From an uncultured Actinomycetes bacterium (GTDB taxonomy: Bacteria; Actinomycetota; Thermoleophilia; RBG-16-64-13): 64,000 bases of DNA. Both the position numbers and the translations under genes were made by a program. Location: the NCBI GenBank assembly GCA_963706025.1, contig CAVPLM010000005.1, positions 576,001-640,000 on the forward strand. Reading direction: 5' to 3'. Of the stretch, positions 21,694-31,134 are shown in pieces (the stretch's first letter is position 1; the number at the start of each line of letters is the position of its first letter). The notes below the pieces were generated by a model, which saw nothing but the letters and a program-made list of their open reading frames with translations, was not told the DNA's origin and searched no databases.

Positions 21694-22344
21694 CTTGCAT
21701 GGTGATAGTGCTTGTGTCAAGACGGAACGGGAATCGCCGGCGAGGACGCCGGGACCACCCAGACGAAGGACCGCGACAAGGACGGCATCAAAACATGATC
21801 AAGATAGCTTCTTCTGATGATATTAACGGATACTGATCCTGTTCCGCGACGGTCCGCCGTCGCCAACTATCCGACCTGACGCGTTCATTATCGCGATCTC
21901 TGCTGCCGACTCCGACCCCGAGTCCATCACAGCAGTTAGGCGGCCTCCACCCCCACGCCGCTGCGTACAGCCCCGACCCGCTGATACATCATCAGGCTAG
22001 GAACCCGAAGGTGCGAACTGCACCGCCGACGACAGGAACCCAGGAAGATCAAAACTGAGACGACTCCCGATCTACGCAATCCGGGCTTCCACGAGTCGCA
22101 AGCACCAATTGGGGAGAAGAAGCGAGCCCCAAGAGACCCGACCTCGAAGGCCCGCGTGTTCGTGGCTGTGGGGAGGTCGCTAGTGGATCTGAATGTAGCT
22201 CCCGTGAGTCCTTCACTAAGTCGGTGCGGGCTTACCTGCCGAATAGCCCCGGCGAAACTCCGGCTGGGCGAACTTCGCCCCCGGCCGGGGCGTTTCTCCC
22301 ACGTTGAGAAGGAGCTTGGGTACCTTATCGAGAGGGCTTCATGT

Positions 22345-22352
22345 GCCGATAA
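22345..22352 (+). promoter_or_regulatory. sigma28-type -10 box
   Basis: GCCGATAA upstream of the HD-GYP gene. Confidence 0.45.
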
Positions 22353-22400
22353 CAAAGTAGATGGTCCTCCAGCGGAAGACCCGACTGATCTGACCTGCAA

Positions 22401-23192
22401 GTGGTGGGGCGACAGTTGAAGGGAAAGTTCACGCCAGCATCTCGGCGCAAGCGGGAAGTCAACCGCGAGGTTTTGCACCTGACCCTCCGTATTCTGGCCC
22501 GAGAGGCCGTGGCCAGCATGTTCACGACCATGGCTCTCACAGACAACCGCACCGCCCGCCGTTCGGCGGCGGCCGCCCAGTGGGCCACCAACATCGCCGA
22601 GGCTCTCAACCTGAGCGAGCACGAGGTGAACGTCACGTATCTAGCCACCCTCCTGCACGATGTAGGGATGATGGCGGTTCCCGACGAGGTGCTTGATTCC
22701 CCAGGGGAGTTGGATCCCTCCGCTTGGGCCCTGATAAAGACCCATTGCCAGAACGGGGAGAACATCCTCAGCACCATCGATCAGTTCGACGAACTGGCCA
22801 AAGCGGTGCTCTCTCACCACGAACGCTACGATGGCACGGGATATGCGTTGGGGCTCGTCGGCGAGGAGATCCCGCTCATCAGCCGGATTATTTGCGTGGC
22901 CGACAGCTACTCGGCCATGATGAGCGACCTGCCGTATCGACCCAAGCTTTCCCTCGAGACGGCCCAGGCGGAGTTGGCGACCAACAAGGTCACACAGTTC
23001 GACCCTGTGGTGGTCGACACCTTCCTTCGCGTGCTAGAGCAGCATGACGATGACTATCAGCGCGGCGAACAGCCAGACTTCAGTGTGGAGTTCCAGAAGG
23101 TCAAGCTCTTGCGCGAGCTCGACGCAGAATGCTCTTGCCACCTGGAACAACGCGGCTACGCTGCCCGCGTCAGGCCGAGTTCCTCGTGGTAG
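22401..23192 (+). CDS. HD-GYP domain protein (partly degenerate)
   Basis: LLHDVG, HHERYDGTGYALGL, IPLISRIICVADSYSAM, QFDPVVV. Confidence 0.88.
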   Translation: MVGRQLKGKFTPASRRKREVNREVLHLTLRILAREAVASMFTTMALTDNRTARRSAAAAQWATNIAEALNLSEHEVNVTYLATLLHDVGMMAVPDEVLDSPGELDPSAWALIKTHCQNGENILSTIDQFDELAKAVLSHHERYDGTGYALGLVGEEIPLISRIICVADSYSAMMSDLPYRPKLSLETAQAELATNKVTQFDPVVVDTFLRVLEQHDDDYQRGEQPDFSVEFQKVKLLRELDAECSCHLEQRGYAARVRPSSSW

Positions 23193-23296
23193 TCGTTGGG
23201 GCTGATGGTCCGCTCCGTTCTGCTCGGCCTGCGGTCGAGCGATGGTCTAGTCTGTGGGCCGCTGACGTTCCCCGTAGAACCTCGAAAGGAGATGTC

Positions 23297-24868
23297 ATGA
23301 GCAAACGATCCATCGCCGTAGCTCCGCTACTTGTCGCGCTAGTCCTGGGTACGATGCTCCTGGGCGCGATGGTCCTGGGAGTGGCGCCATTCATCGGCAC
23401 CGGAACGGCCGTCGCCGCCCCTCAGCAACCGGCCGAATCGGTGCTCGCATATATATCCGCCAACTGGGTTATGGAATACGACGCGGTCGCCGACACCTCG
23501 ACGGCTCTCGACTACATCGAGGAGGGAAGGCCCGTGATGCCTTCGCGGGCCCTGAGCGGCACGGCGGTCTCCTGGTCGGTCTTTTCCGAGTCGGGCCCTG
23601 TCCAGACCTATGTGAGCGAGACTTTCACCCACCCCGGGCAGGAGACCGTACATACCCTGACCACCGATCTGTTGTACAGCTTCCCCCGGCTCTCTCCCGA
23701 CGGCACAAGGCTCCTGTACGTCGTTGAAGAACCCGACCCTGATGGAGGCCTCACCAGCAATCTGTACGTCCGGCGGGTCGCCGATGGAGCGGAGCTCTTC
23801 TCCATAGCCAACGTCGACGCCGCGGATTGGTCGCCGGACGGCACTAAGATCGTGTTCTCGAGTTATGGTCGAGCCCGCTTCGATCCCGATATGGTGATGC
23901 TGTACGCATACGACGTCGCCACCACTCAGGAGACCAAGGTACCGTCTGGTCACCTTACCGTGATGGGTTACGTGAACACCTACTCGCCCCGCTGGTCCCC
24001 GAGCGGTGACTGGATCGCCTTCCAGCGTCACGGCGAGGACGCCATCGATATCGTGCTCACGGATCCGACGGGCTCCACCGAACAGGTGCTGATGACGCTA
24101 CCGCCGGATCAGAGCGGCCTGGGGATGGAATGGGTGCGGATGCCTGATGGTACCGAGCGTCTGTTCGTAGAATCCGTGGAAGCGGGGGGAGCGCCCTTCG
24201 TGATCATGGAAGTGCCCGGGCTGCACTCCGGCGCCTCCGATGGGCGGATCCTGCACGGCGCGTTGTCCGGACAGCCTCTGCCGGAACTGAGCGACGTCTC
24301 GGCCCAGCATCCCTTCTACCGTCAGATCCGCGATCTGGCCGCGCTCCAGATCGCCGGGGGGTTCGACGACGGGTCGTTCCGTCCCGCGGCGCTGGTGAAG
24401 CGGGCGCAGTACGCCAAGATGATCAGCATCGCTCTGGGTGTGCACGACAGCGAGTGGACGAACTGGAATGCGCCCAGCTTTCCTGACGTCCCCCGGCCCG
24501 CCGCTCAGGACGACGCGTTTCGGTACCCCTTCGACTACGTAGAGGAGGCGGCCGCGGCCGGCTTGGTGAAAGGCACTACGACCGGGCGGTTCAACCCGTG
24601 GGCCGAGATCAGCCGGGTGCAACTCGCCCTGATGATCGCCCGCGCCGGCGTGGGTAGGTTGGAGCCGGCCACAGCGGCGGACTACTCAGTCTTCACCGAC
24701 CTCGCCGGGCTATCTCAAGAGGCACGGGATGCGATCGCCGTCGTCTATCACAATGGGATCATCACCGGCAAGACGGCCACCACCTTCGCTCCGTACGCCC
24801 CGGCCACCCGAGGACATGCCGTGACTATGACCTGGCGGCTCATGGAGAAGCTGGGCCTCATAGGCTGA
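23297..24868 (+). CDS. PD40/TolB-like propeller + SLH surface protein
   Basis: Signal peptide, SPDG/WSPDG/WSPSG repeats, SLH x3; RBS AAAGGAG. Confidence 0.9.
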   Translation: MSKRSIAVAPLLVALVLGTMLLGAMVLGVAPFIGTGTAVAAPQQPAESVLAYISANWVMEYDAVADTSTALDYIEEGRPVMPSRALSGTAVSWSVFSESGPVQTYVSETFTHPGQETVHTLTTDLLYSFPRLSPDGTRLLYVVEEPDPDGGLTSNLYVRRVADGAELFSIANVDAADWSPDGTKIVFSSYGRARFDPDMVMLYAYDVATTQETKVPSGHLTVMGYVNTYSPRWSPSGDWIAFQRHGEDAIDIVLTDPTGSTEQVLMTLPPDQSGLGMEWVRMPDGTERLFVESVEAGGAPFVIMEVPGLHSGASDGRILHGALSGQPLPELSDVSAQHPFYRQIRDLAALQIAGGFDDGSFRPAALVKRAQYAKMISIALGVHDSEWTNWNAPSFPDVPRPAAQDDAFRYPFDYVEEAAAAGLVKGTTTGRFNPWAEISRVQLALMIARAGVGRLEPATAADYSVFTDLAGLSQEARDAIAVVYHNGIITGKTATTFAPYAPATRGHAVTMTWRLMEKLGLIG

Positions 24869-25082
24869 CGCCCAGAGAGGTTCTGCCCCGCGCACCGGGC
24901 GCCTCGAACGGCCGGTCCGCTATTGCCCGAGTTCGCAGTGTGGAACGAGTGTCAAGACCCCGAATTCCCCTGGAACGCCGGGGTCCGCGCCTTGTCAACG
25001 CTTGTTGTGCAATCCTCCACGCTGACGCTAGCATCCGCGACCTGGCGTCACACCAGTCGGACGGCAACTGGAGCAAGGACCG

Positions 25083-25125
25083 GAAGCCCCCGTCGGCCGA
25101 GCTTGGTAGCTACCGGCGGGGGCTC
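25083..25125 (+). repeat. Hairpin-family copy F (most complete)
   Basis: GAAGCCCCCG-T-CGG-CCG-AGCT-TGGT-AGCT-A-CCG-G-CGGGGGCTC. Confidence 0.78.
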
Positions 25126-25181
25126 TAACGCCGCCCAATGTCACGGAAGTCCGGGATGTCAACCCCGCGGTCCTTGCAAGA

Positions 25182-25628
25182 CTAGACCTCAGTCAACTGC
25201 TTGAGGTTCTCCAGAGTATGACGCGCCGCACGCTCCTGATTGCGCTCGATAAAGAGTCGGTCGGCGACCTTGCCCAGCACGCTGCCCGGCACGGCGTACT
25301 CAATCTCAAACGTCACCGTGGTTCCGTCGTCCTTGGGCTCGTAATCCCAGCTAATCCAGCCGGCAAGGGAGCCTTCATTCTCGCCCTTCCAATGGAAGGA
25401 TCCGTCGGCTTCGGAGCGGTTCTCAATGACCTTGGTGGTGAGGGGGATATGCACGCCCGCCATCAGATAGCTGTGGCTAATGACGGTGCCGGGCGATGTG
25501 TCGCCCTCCAGGCTTTTCACCTCACCCAACCCTACGAACCAGCTAGACCACTTGTACGGGTCGGCCGCGAAAGCGTGTACTTCTTTAGGCGGAGCCTGGA
25601 TGAAGATGCTGTCCTTGATACGGGCCAT
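25182..25628 (-). CDS. SRPBCC / polyketide-cyclase-like protein
   Basis: IKDSIFIQAPPKEVHAF...GTTVTFEIEYAVPGSVLGKVADRL..LENLK. Confidence 0.9.
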   Translation of the reverse strand: MARIKDSIFIQAPPKEVHAFAADPYKWSSWFVGLGEVKSLEGDTSPGTVISHSYLMAGVHIPLTTKVIENRSEADGSFHWKGENEGSLAGWISWDYEPKDDGTTVTFEIEYAVPGSVLGKVADRLFIERNQERAARHTLENLKQLTEV

Positions 25629-25766
25629 CTAAGCCTCCTCGTCATGAAGACATGGATTGGGGATCGTCTTTCCGACGAAACCCCCTACACTACATTCTCC
25701 GCAAGACAATGCGCCTGTCAAGAAGTCCGACCCGGTCGAGACAGGATGTGGCCGGACCGCGAAGAA

Positions 25767-25800
25767 CCCGCCCACGGCCGAGCTCGGTAGGTACCGAAGG
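25767..25800 (+). repeat. Hairpin-family copy G (degenerate)
   Basis: CGGCCGAGCTCGGTAGGTACCG. Confidence 0.5.
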
Positions 25801-25934
25801 ACGCTTGGGACCAGGTTACTGTCGAGGTGCTGATTCATCATGGGTTCCCGTTCGGGAATGAACACTATGACCAAATGGAGCGCAGGCCTTTGAGCGAACT
25901 GGCGCCGCCGGACCTGGCCGAGCCAAACGTCAGA

Positions 25935-25965
25935 TCGATCGAGCCTGGTAGCTGCCGGCGGGCTC
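25935..25965 (+). repeat. Hairpin-family copy H (degenerate)
   Basis: TCGATCGAGCCTGGTAGCTGCCGGCGGGCTC versus copy F TCGGCCGAGCTTGGTAGCTACCGGCGGGGGCTC. Confidence 0.55.
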
Positions 25966-26009
25966 CCGCCGGAAGGAGAAATCCGGGCTGAAGATGAATA
26001 ACTAACTAC

Positions 26010-26600
26010 GTGTTCTTGCTGGAGGTCGAGCTCATCAAGAAGATTCTTCTGCTTCCGCCTGTTCTTGCCGCCGTGCTGCTTGTCTTGGGCTGCGCGACGC
26101 CAGCCACCACCACAACCACCTCCACAATCAGCCCTGCCACTACCGCTGCTCCCACCACGACCACAGCAAGCGCCACCTCGACAACGGAGCATGCCGTCTC
26201 GGCCACGACTTTCACAGCAGAGCTTTCAGGCGCCGAGGTCGTTCCCGCGGTCGACACACTTGCGACAGGCACAGCCACCTTCACCATCGATGCCACCGGC
26301 ACTCGGGGCTCCTTCAAGCTCACGGTGCGCAACCTAACCGGTGTGATCGCATCCCGCGTCCACGAGGGCACGCCGGGCATCAACGGGCAAGGTCTGCTCA
26401 TTCTCTATCCCGGGCCGACGCTAAACGATACCCTCACTGGAGTGCTCGCCCAGGGCAACTTCAACGCCTCGGTCCTCATCGGATCGCTCACGGGCAGGTC
26501 CCTCGCCGAGTTCGCAGTCCTACTTCAGGGCGGCCTGGCCTACGTCAACGTGGGCACGGTCAACAATCCCCAAGGGGAGATCCGGGGTCAGATTCACTAA
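26010..26600 (+). CDS. CHRD-domain lipoprotein
   Basis: LVLGC lipobox, Thr-rich linker, LSGAEVVPAV...AYVNVGTVNNPQGEIRGQI. Confidence 0.88.
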   Translation: MFLLEVELIKKILLLPPVLAAVLLVLGCATPATTTTTSTISPATTAAPTTTTASATSTTEHAVSATTFTAELSGAEVVPAVDTLATGTATFTIDATGTRGSFKLTVRNLTGVIASRVHEGTPGINGQGLLILYPGPTLNDTLTGVLAQGNFNASVLIGSLTGRSLAEFAVLLQGGLAYVNVGTVNNPQGEIRGQIH

Positions 26601-28441
26601 ACCGGGCCGTCTCTCTGGGCAAGTTCCGCAGGTGCGCCGTCTGCCATCCATTCAGCGGCGGTATACCCAGTGCCATAGTCCACCACGGTCCACTCGCCCT
26701 CGACTTCGTGGAGAAGAAGTTCAAGACGGTCCAAATCCAATAGATGAGGGATGATCAGGGCACCCGCCCACGAGTCGACGATCCTGAGTAGCGATAAGCT
26801 GAACTCGGACGGATAAAGGGAAAGGTCACGGCCGATCGCTTGGCTGATGGCGGCTTCTTCTTCACCCGGGGCCGGCCGGTTGAGCAGGTTGTAGAGCATA
26901 CCGGCGACCTCCCCTCGGGTGGCGGGAGAAAAGAAGTCGAACGCCGGTCCTACTCCCTCTATCTTGTTCAGTAGCCCAACATAGGCGGCCCTCCGCGCGT
27001 TCTGGTAATGCTCCTCGGGATAGAACTGCCCGGGGCCGAAAGGTGGCACATAGTAAGGAGGTGCGTCGGGGAGGTTGGCCGCGCGGACGATCATAGTAAT
27101 GAGCTGCTGCCGGGTCATGTTGTCGTAGGGCGCAAACGTGTCTGCGGTCCTGCCTTGAGTGATCCCATTCGCGGCGCATACCGCCACATAGTGGTCAGGG
27201 TACAGCGGGTCTGTAGAACCCATGTCGGTCATGACGTCCGTGAAGGGGGAGACGTCGTTCTCGCTCACGGGGAGATTGAGGGTCTTCACGATCATCTTGG
27301 CGAACTGCTGGCGGATCACAGGGTTCAGCGGCCGGAAAGCGCCGTCGGGATAGCCACCGACGATGCCAGCCTGGGCGAGACTCTCAATGGCCTGTTGGTA
27401 GGGCGACGAGTCAATATCCGTGAACGTGTGTCGCTGCAGCGGCTTGATCCAGCCAATCACACCATCTTGATCGACCCAGACCTTGCCGGAGTTCCTCGTG
27501 AGAGCCAGGGTCCTCGTGCCTTCCGGGTTCGCGCCGTTCTGTTCATAGATACGGAGACGATCTCCCTCGACCGCTCCCACCACCGCGACGTGGCCATATG
27601 TTCCAGTGCCCCACACGAGCAGGTCCCCGACGTCGGGTGGCGACGTTGCGGTGCGGTCGTTGGAGACCGTCGGCAGTCCATAGGTCACCTGGGCAATCGT
27701 CAACATGTCTTTCGCATACGACCCCGCCCAGTGGGCCGGGAGCGCGTTCCCGTTCTTGTCCTGCCAGTGTTGTGTCTGAGTAGTCCAGCGTTGCGCGAGT
27801 TCCACGCACTGGTAGCGGAACCCAGCGCCGCTATCCCCGAATACGGGAATGCTACTAACGCCAGGCGCGATCCAGTTCGGGCGGGGGAAGTTGCTGTACA
27901 CCTGGAGTCCGTTCCACTCCTGTACGACGGTGCCCCAGGGAATGAGTGCGAACGTGGGCGAGGTGCCTTCCACCGCGGGGTCCAGGAGGGAAGCAACAGT
28001 GGCATGGCAGTTCGCATAGTGGCTATACGTCTGCCCATACGCGACCGCGGGCTGCCACAGGTACGAGCCGGCCGAGGCGGCCACGGTCCCACTGTGTATG
28101 GTCTCACCGTCCATGATGACCTTGACGGTCACGTCACCGGCGACGCCGATAGCTTGCCACCTCACCGTCACCAGGTCGGCGGTCTCCTCGAACAACGCAG
28201 GCGCGAATGTTCCAGACCGGTCCGGGAAACTGTAGCTTCCTGTGGGGTACGCCGCGTACGAAGTACCGCTCGCGGGAGATGTGACAGTGATCTCGGCGCT
28301 TGACTCCGCGGTGGAGAAGGCGTGATCCGACTGCTCGTGTAGCCCGTACGGATAGCTCGCCTGAGCGAAGGCAGGGGCAGCAATGGCAAAGACCGCCACC
28401 AGTCCGATCAGTACCCCGATGATGACGCGGCTAGCTGCCAT
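26597..28441 (-). CDS. CHAP-domain cell-wall hydrolase with SLH domains
   Basis: YQCVELAQRW, YGHVAVV, EQN; SLH x3; C-terminal domain shared with 16567..18609. Confidence 0.88.
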   Translation of the reverse strand: MAASRVIIGVLIGLVAVFAIAAPAFAQASYPYGLHEQSDHAFSTAESSAEITVTSPASGTSYAAYPTGSYSFPDRSGTFAPALFEETADLVTVRWQAIGVAGDVTVKVIMDGETIHSGTVAASAGSYLWQPAVAYGQTYSHYANCHATVASLLDPAVEGTSPTFALIPWGTVVQEWNGLQVYSNFPRPNWIAPGVSSIPVFGDSGAGFRYQCVELAQRWTTQTQHWQDKNGNALPAHWAGSYAKDMLTIAQVTYGLPTVSNDRTATSPPDVGDLLVWGTGTYGHVAVVGAVEGDRLRIYEQNGANPEGTRTLALTRNSGKVWVDQDGVIGWIKPLQRHTFTDIDSSPYQQAIESLAQAGIVGGYPDGAFRPLNPVIRQQFAKMIVKTLNLPVSENDVSPFTDVMTDMGSTDPLYPDHYVAVCAANGITQGRTADTFAPYDNMTRQQLITMIVRAANLPDAPPYYVPPFGPGQFYPEEHYQNARRAAYVGLLNKIEGVGPAFDFFSPATRGEVAGMLYNLLNRPAPGEEEAAISQAIGRDLSLYPSEFSLSLLRIVDSWAGALIIPHLLDLDRLELLLHEVEGEWTVVDYGTGYTAAEWMADGAPAELAQRDGPV

Positions 28442-28937
28442 ATCTGCGCCTATACTAGAGTCTGGCACCTGTGATTACGAGCACCGGGAGTCGGCGGGCA
28501 GAGCAAGGAGCCGCTTGACCCCCGTGAAACCGGCTGTGCCGCATAGACCTATACCTGCGGACGCCGCCACCAGCTGACCCGAAACGGCGAGCCTGTTTCT
28601 TCACTTCCAGAAACGAACACTATCGCTGACTAGTGTTCCTTAATAATCGATTATCCGTCGTTGCGCGTCAAACTCACTGATTGACCATCAGTCGGGGGCT
28701 CGGACGTGCAGGGGGTGGGATTGATGGGACATAGGATCGTGTTGGCTAAACACGCTCTTCGCCGAGAGGAACTCCCGGCGGCCAAGCGGCCACGAACCAC
28801 CGCGAACCAGGTAGACAACTTGAGGCGCCCTGCTGATCAAGACGAGGCCACCGCTAGATAACTCATCAGTGCCGGGCACTCCGAGCCGAAGCTCTTGGCC
28901 ACAGACTCGCCCCCTCCGTTCGAGCCTACGCCCCCGC

Positions 28938-30089
28938 CTATCCGCCTTCGTTGAGGATCTGCAAGTACCCGTCGTAGGCGAACACGCGCCCGCGGCGGCG
29001 CCCGGTTAGCTCATGCAGCACCCCGAGCCCGATCAGAGCCTCGACAGCCCGCGCAGCGGTGGGGTAGGCGATTCCGGTCTGCCGGGCCAGATAGTCGATG
29101 TGGCCCAGGGGACGATGCCGCAGGGCTTCAAAGACACGCAGCGTGTTGGCAGCAGCGCGACCGAGGCCCTGAATCCGTTCTTGGTCTTCCTGGAACATGG
29201 CCAGCAATCGGTGGGCGGTGTCGACCGCACCTGTCGCGGTTTCCCGTACTCCCTCGAGAAAGAAGTCTAGCCAGGCCTCCCAGTCGCCGGTATCACGCAT
29301 GGAGTTCAGCAGCCGGTAGTACTCGGCCCGGTTCTGCTTGAAATACAGGCTCAGGTAGAGAAGTGGCTGCCGCAGCACCCCGTCATGATGCAGAAGAAGG
29401 GCAATCAGCAGTCTGCCCACCCGGCCGTTGCCATCGAGAAAGGGGTGAATGGATTCGAACTGCACGTGGGTAAGAGCCGCCTTGGTAAGGACTCCCGGCG
29501 CGGCAGGGTCATGGATGAACCGTTCGAGCGACACCATACACGGCTCCACCTCCTGCGGGGGCGGAGGAACAAACTGAGCATTGCCGGGACGAGTGCCACC
29601 GATCCAGTTCTGGCTGGTACGGAACTCGCCCGGCTGCTTGCCTGCGCCCCGCCCGCGGGAAAGGAGCCGCGCGTGAATCTCGCGGATCAGCCGATTGGAC
29701 AGTGGAAAACCTTCGGCCAGGCGAGTAAGCCCATGCTCTAGGGCCGCTGCGTAGTTGGAGACCTCTACCACGTCGTCGAAGGGCACGCCCGGTGCCTCCT
29801 CAAGTTCGAAGAGCAGTAGGTCGGAGAGCGAGGACTGAGTTCCCTCGATCTGGCTGGATAGCACTGCCTCCCTGCGCACATAGGCGTACAGGAACAAATC
29901 GGGATCTGGCAGCAGAGCCGTGATGGCATCGAGTCGGCCGCAAGCCAGCAGGGCGTTTTCTAACAGGCGCTGGCGCCCATGATCCATCTCGATGGGCGGC
30001 CGCGGCGGCAAGGCTGCGGGCACGAAGGCCTGGACTCGCTCACCCGCCACCGCGGTGACCTCCAATCGCCCGGTCATTCCACGCTGCAT
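28938..30089 (-). CDS. Fic family protein (N-terminal inhibitory motif, C-terminal HTH)
   Basis: HPFLDGNGRVGR catalytic motif; SSQIEG inhibitory motif. Confidence 0.95.
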   Translation of the reverse strand: MQRGMTGRLEVTAVAGERVQAFVPAALPPRPPIEMDHGRQRLLENALLACGRLDAITALLPDPDLFLYAYVRREAVLSSQIEGTQSSLSDLLLFELEEAPGVPFDDVVEVSNYAAALEHGLTRLAEGFPLSNRLIREIHARLLSRGRGAGKQPGEFRTSQNWIGGTRPGNAQFVPPPPQEVEPCMVSLERFIHDPAAPGVLTKAALTHVQFESIHPFLDGNGRVGRLLIALLLHHDGVLRQPLLYLSLYFKQNRAEYYRLLNSMRDTGDWEAWLDFFLEGVRETATGAVDTAHRLLAMFQEDQERIQGLGRAAANTLRVFEALRHRPLGHIDYLARQTGIAYPTAARAVEALIGLGVLHELTGRRRGRVFAYDGYLQILNEGG

Positions 30090-30131
30090 CTGAAGCTCCC
30101 TTGTTCTCACAAGCGTAAATAGCCGTGAACA

Positions 30132-30163
30132 TTATTAACACATCATGGCATAAGTGTTAATAA
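30132..30163. promoter_or_regulatory. AT-rich inverted repeat upstream of fic
   Basis: TTATTAACAC-N12-GTGTTAATAA. Confidence 0.55.
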
Positions 30164-30330
30164 CGCGGACGCTGTACCCGCCATATTCAAGGTTACGGAC
30201 GACACGGCCGATTGGCCAGACGCCTGGTCGGCCCGCTGATAAGTCAGCAGCCGCTGCGGTGTTTCGCCCTCAGCCCATCCCCACTCGCCCCAGAGGGCAA
30301 AAAAGGTCATGCCGCTCCCCCGCGCCTGGG

Positions 30331-30882
30331 TTACGACGCCTTACGGGCCGCCACCCGGAGCTCGCGCAGTAGCTCTGCGAATCTCGTGGGCGTGTAGTGC
30401 GCATTGAGACCGCTGGTGTTGGGCAGCACCCAGATACGCGAACCTCCGATTCTCTCCTCCTGAAGTCCCAGCAACACCTTCCGCCGGCCGAACGCCGTGG
30501 CGTAGGCGCCGATTCCCACAAAGGCCGTCCAGGCAGGAGAGTAGCGGGCCACCTTGTCTTCGAGGGTGACCTTCCCGCCGCGCAACTCCTCAGCCGAGAG
30601 CTCAGATGCCGCGGCGGTCGCCCGGGACACGAGATTGGTGATGCCCAGACCCCAGATCGGCAGCTCTCCGTCCTCGTCGGGGCGCAGCAAGCGGGGGGTG
30701 AAGCCGGCCTCGTGCAAGGCTGGCCAGAAGCGGTTACCCGGTCGGGCGAAGTGATGACCCACGGCGGCCGAGTAGAGCCCCGGATTGATGCCGACAAAGA
30801 GCACAACCAATCCGGGAGCGATGACGTCGGGAACGGTGTTCCCGACTGCAGCCTGCAGCTCAGCCTGTGTGGGTCTTCGCAC
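30331..30882 (-). CDS. mug: G/U mismatch-specific DNA glycosylase
   Basis: GINPG, HFARPGNRFW, LPNTSGLNAH. Confidence 0.93.
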   Translation of the reverse strand: MRRPTQAELQAAVGNTVPDVIAPGLVVLFVGINPGLYSAAVGHHFARPGNRFWPALHEAGFTPRLLRPDEDGELPIWGLGITNLVSRATAAASELSAEELRGGKVTLEDKVARYSPAWTAFVGIGAYATAFGRRKVLLGLQEERIGGSRIWVLPNTSGLNAHYTPTRFAELLRELRVAARKAS

Positions 30883-31134
30883 CGTCTGATGTCAACCTTC
30901 CACGGCCTCTTTCGCTCTCTTTCAACTCACACCCTCGAAGCACAGCATACCGGAACCGTCCCGACCCCCTCCCCCTCCTTGCTGCCCCGATTCACTGAGG
31001 AAGCGTCAGTTGCCCAACTCACTGACAGATAGTGCGAAGGTCACCCTGAAATGTGGCCCCGTCATAAGGAAATCCCCGAGGTCTGCCAACGCAGCGCCAA
31101 CGCGGGGAACTGTTGACGACCCGCTGACTAGGCA

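Noticed and set aside
16474-21945. Integron attC sites (CCCTAACAATGCG near 16476; GTTAGGC at 21935)
   Set aside because: Isolated half-sites with no complementary partner box and no intI in the window
23130-23210. IS3-like transposase tail (ISPNDYHEELGLTRAA*, minus strand) at the HD-GYP 3' end
   Set aside because: Too short, with no second inverted repeat or target duplication
28635-28666. dif/Xer-like site (CTTAATAATCGATTATCCG)
   Set aside because: Central spacer is 4 bp rather than 6 and there is no XerD-type TTATGT arm
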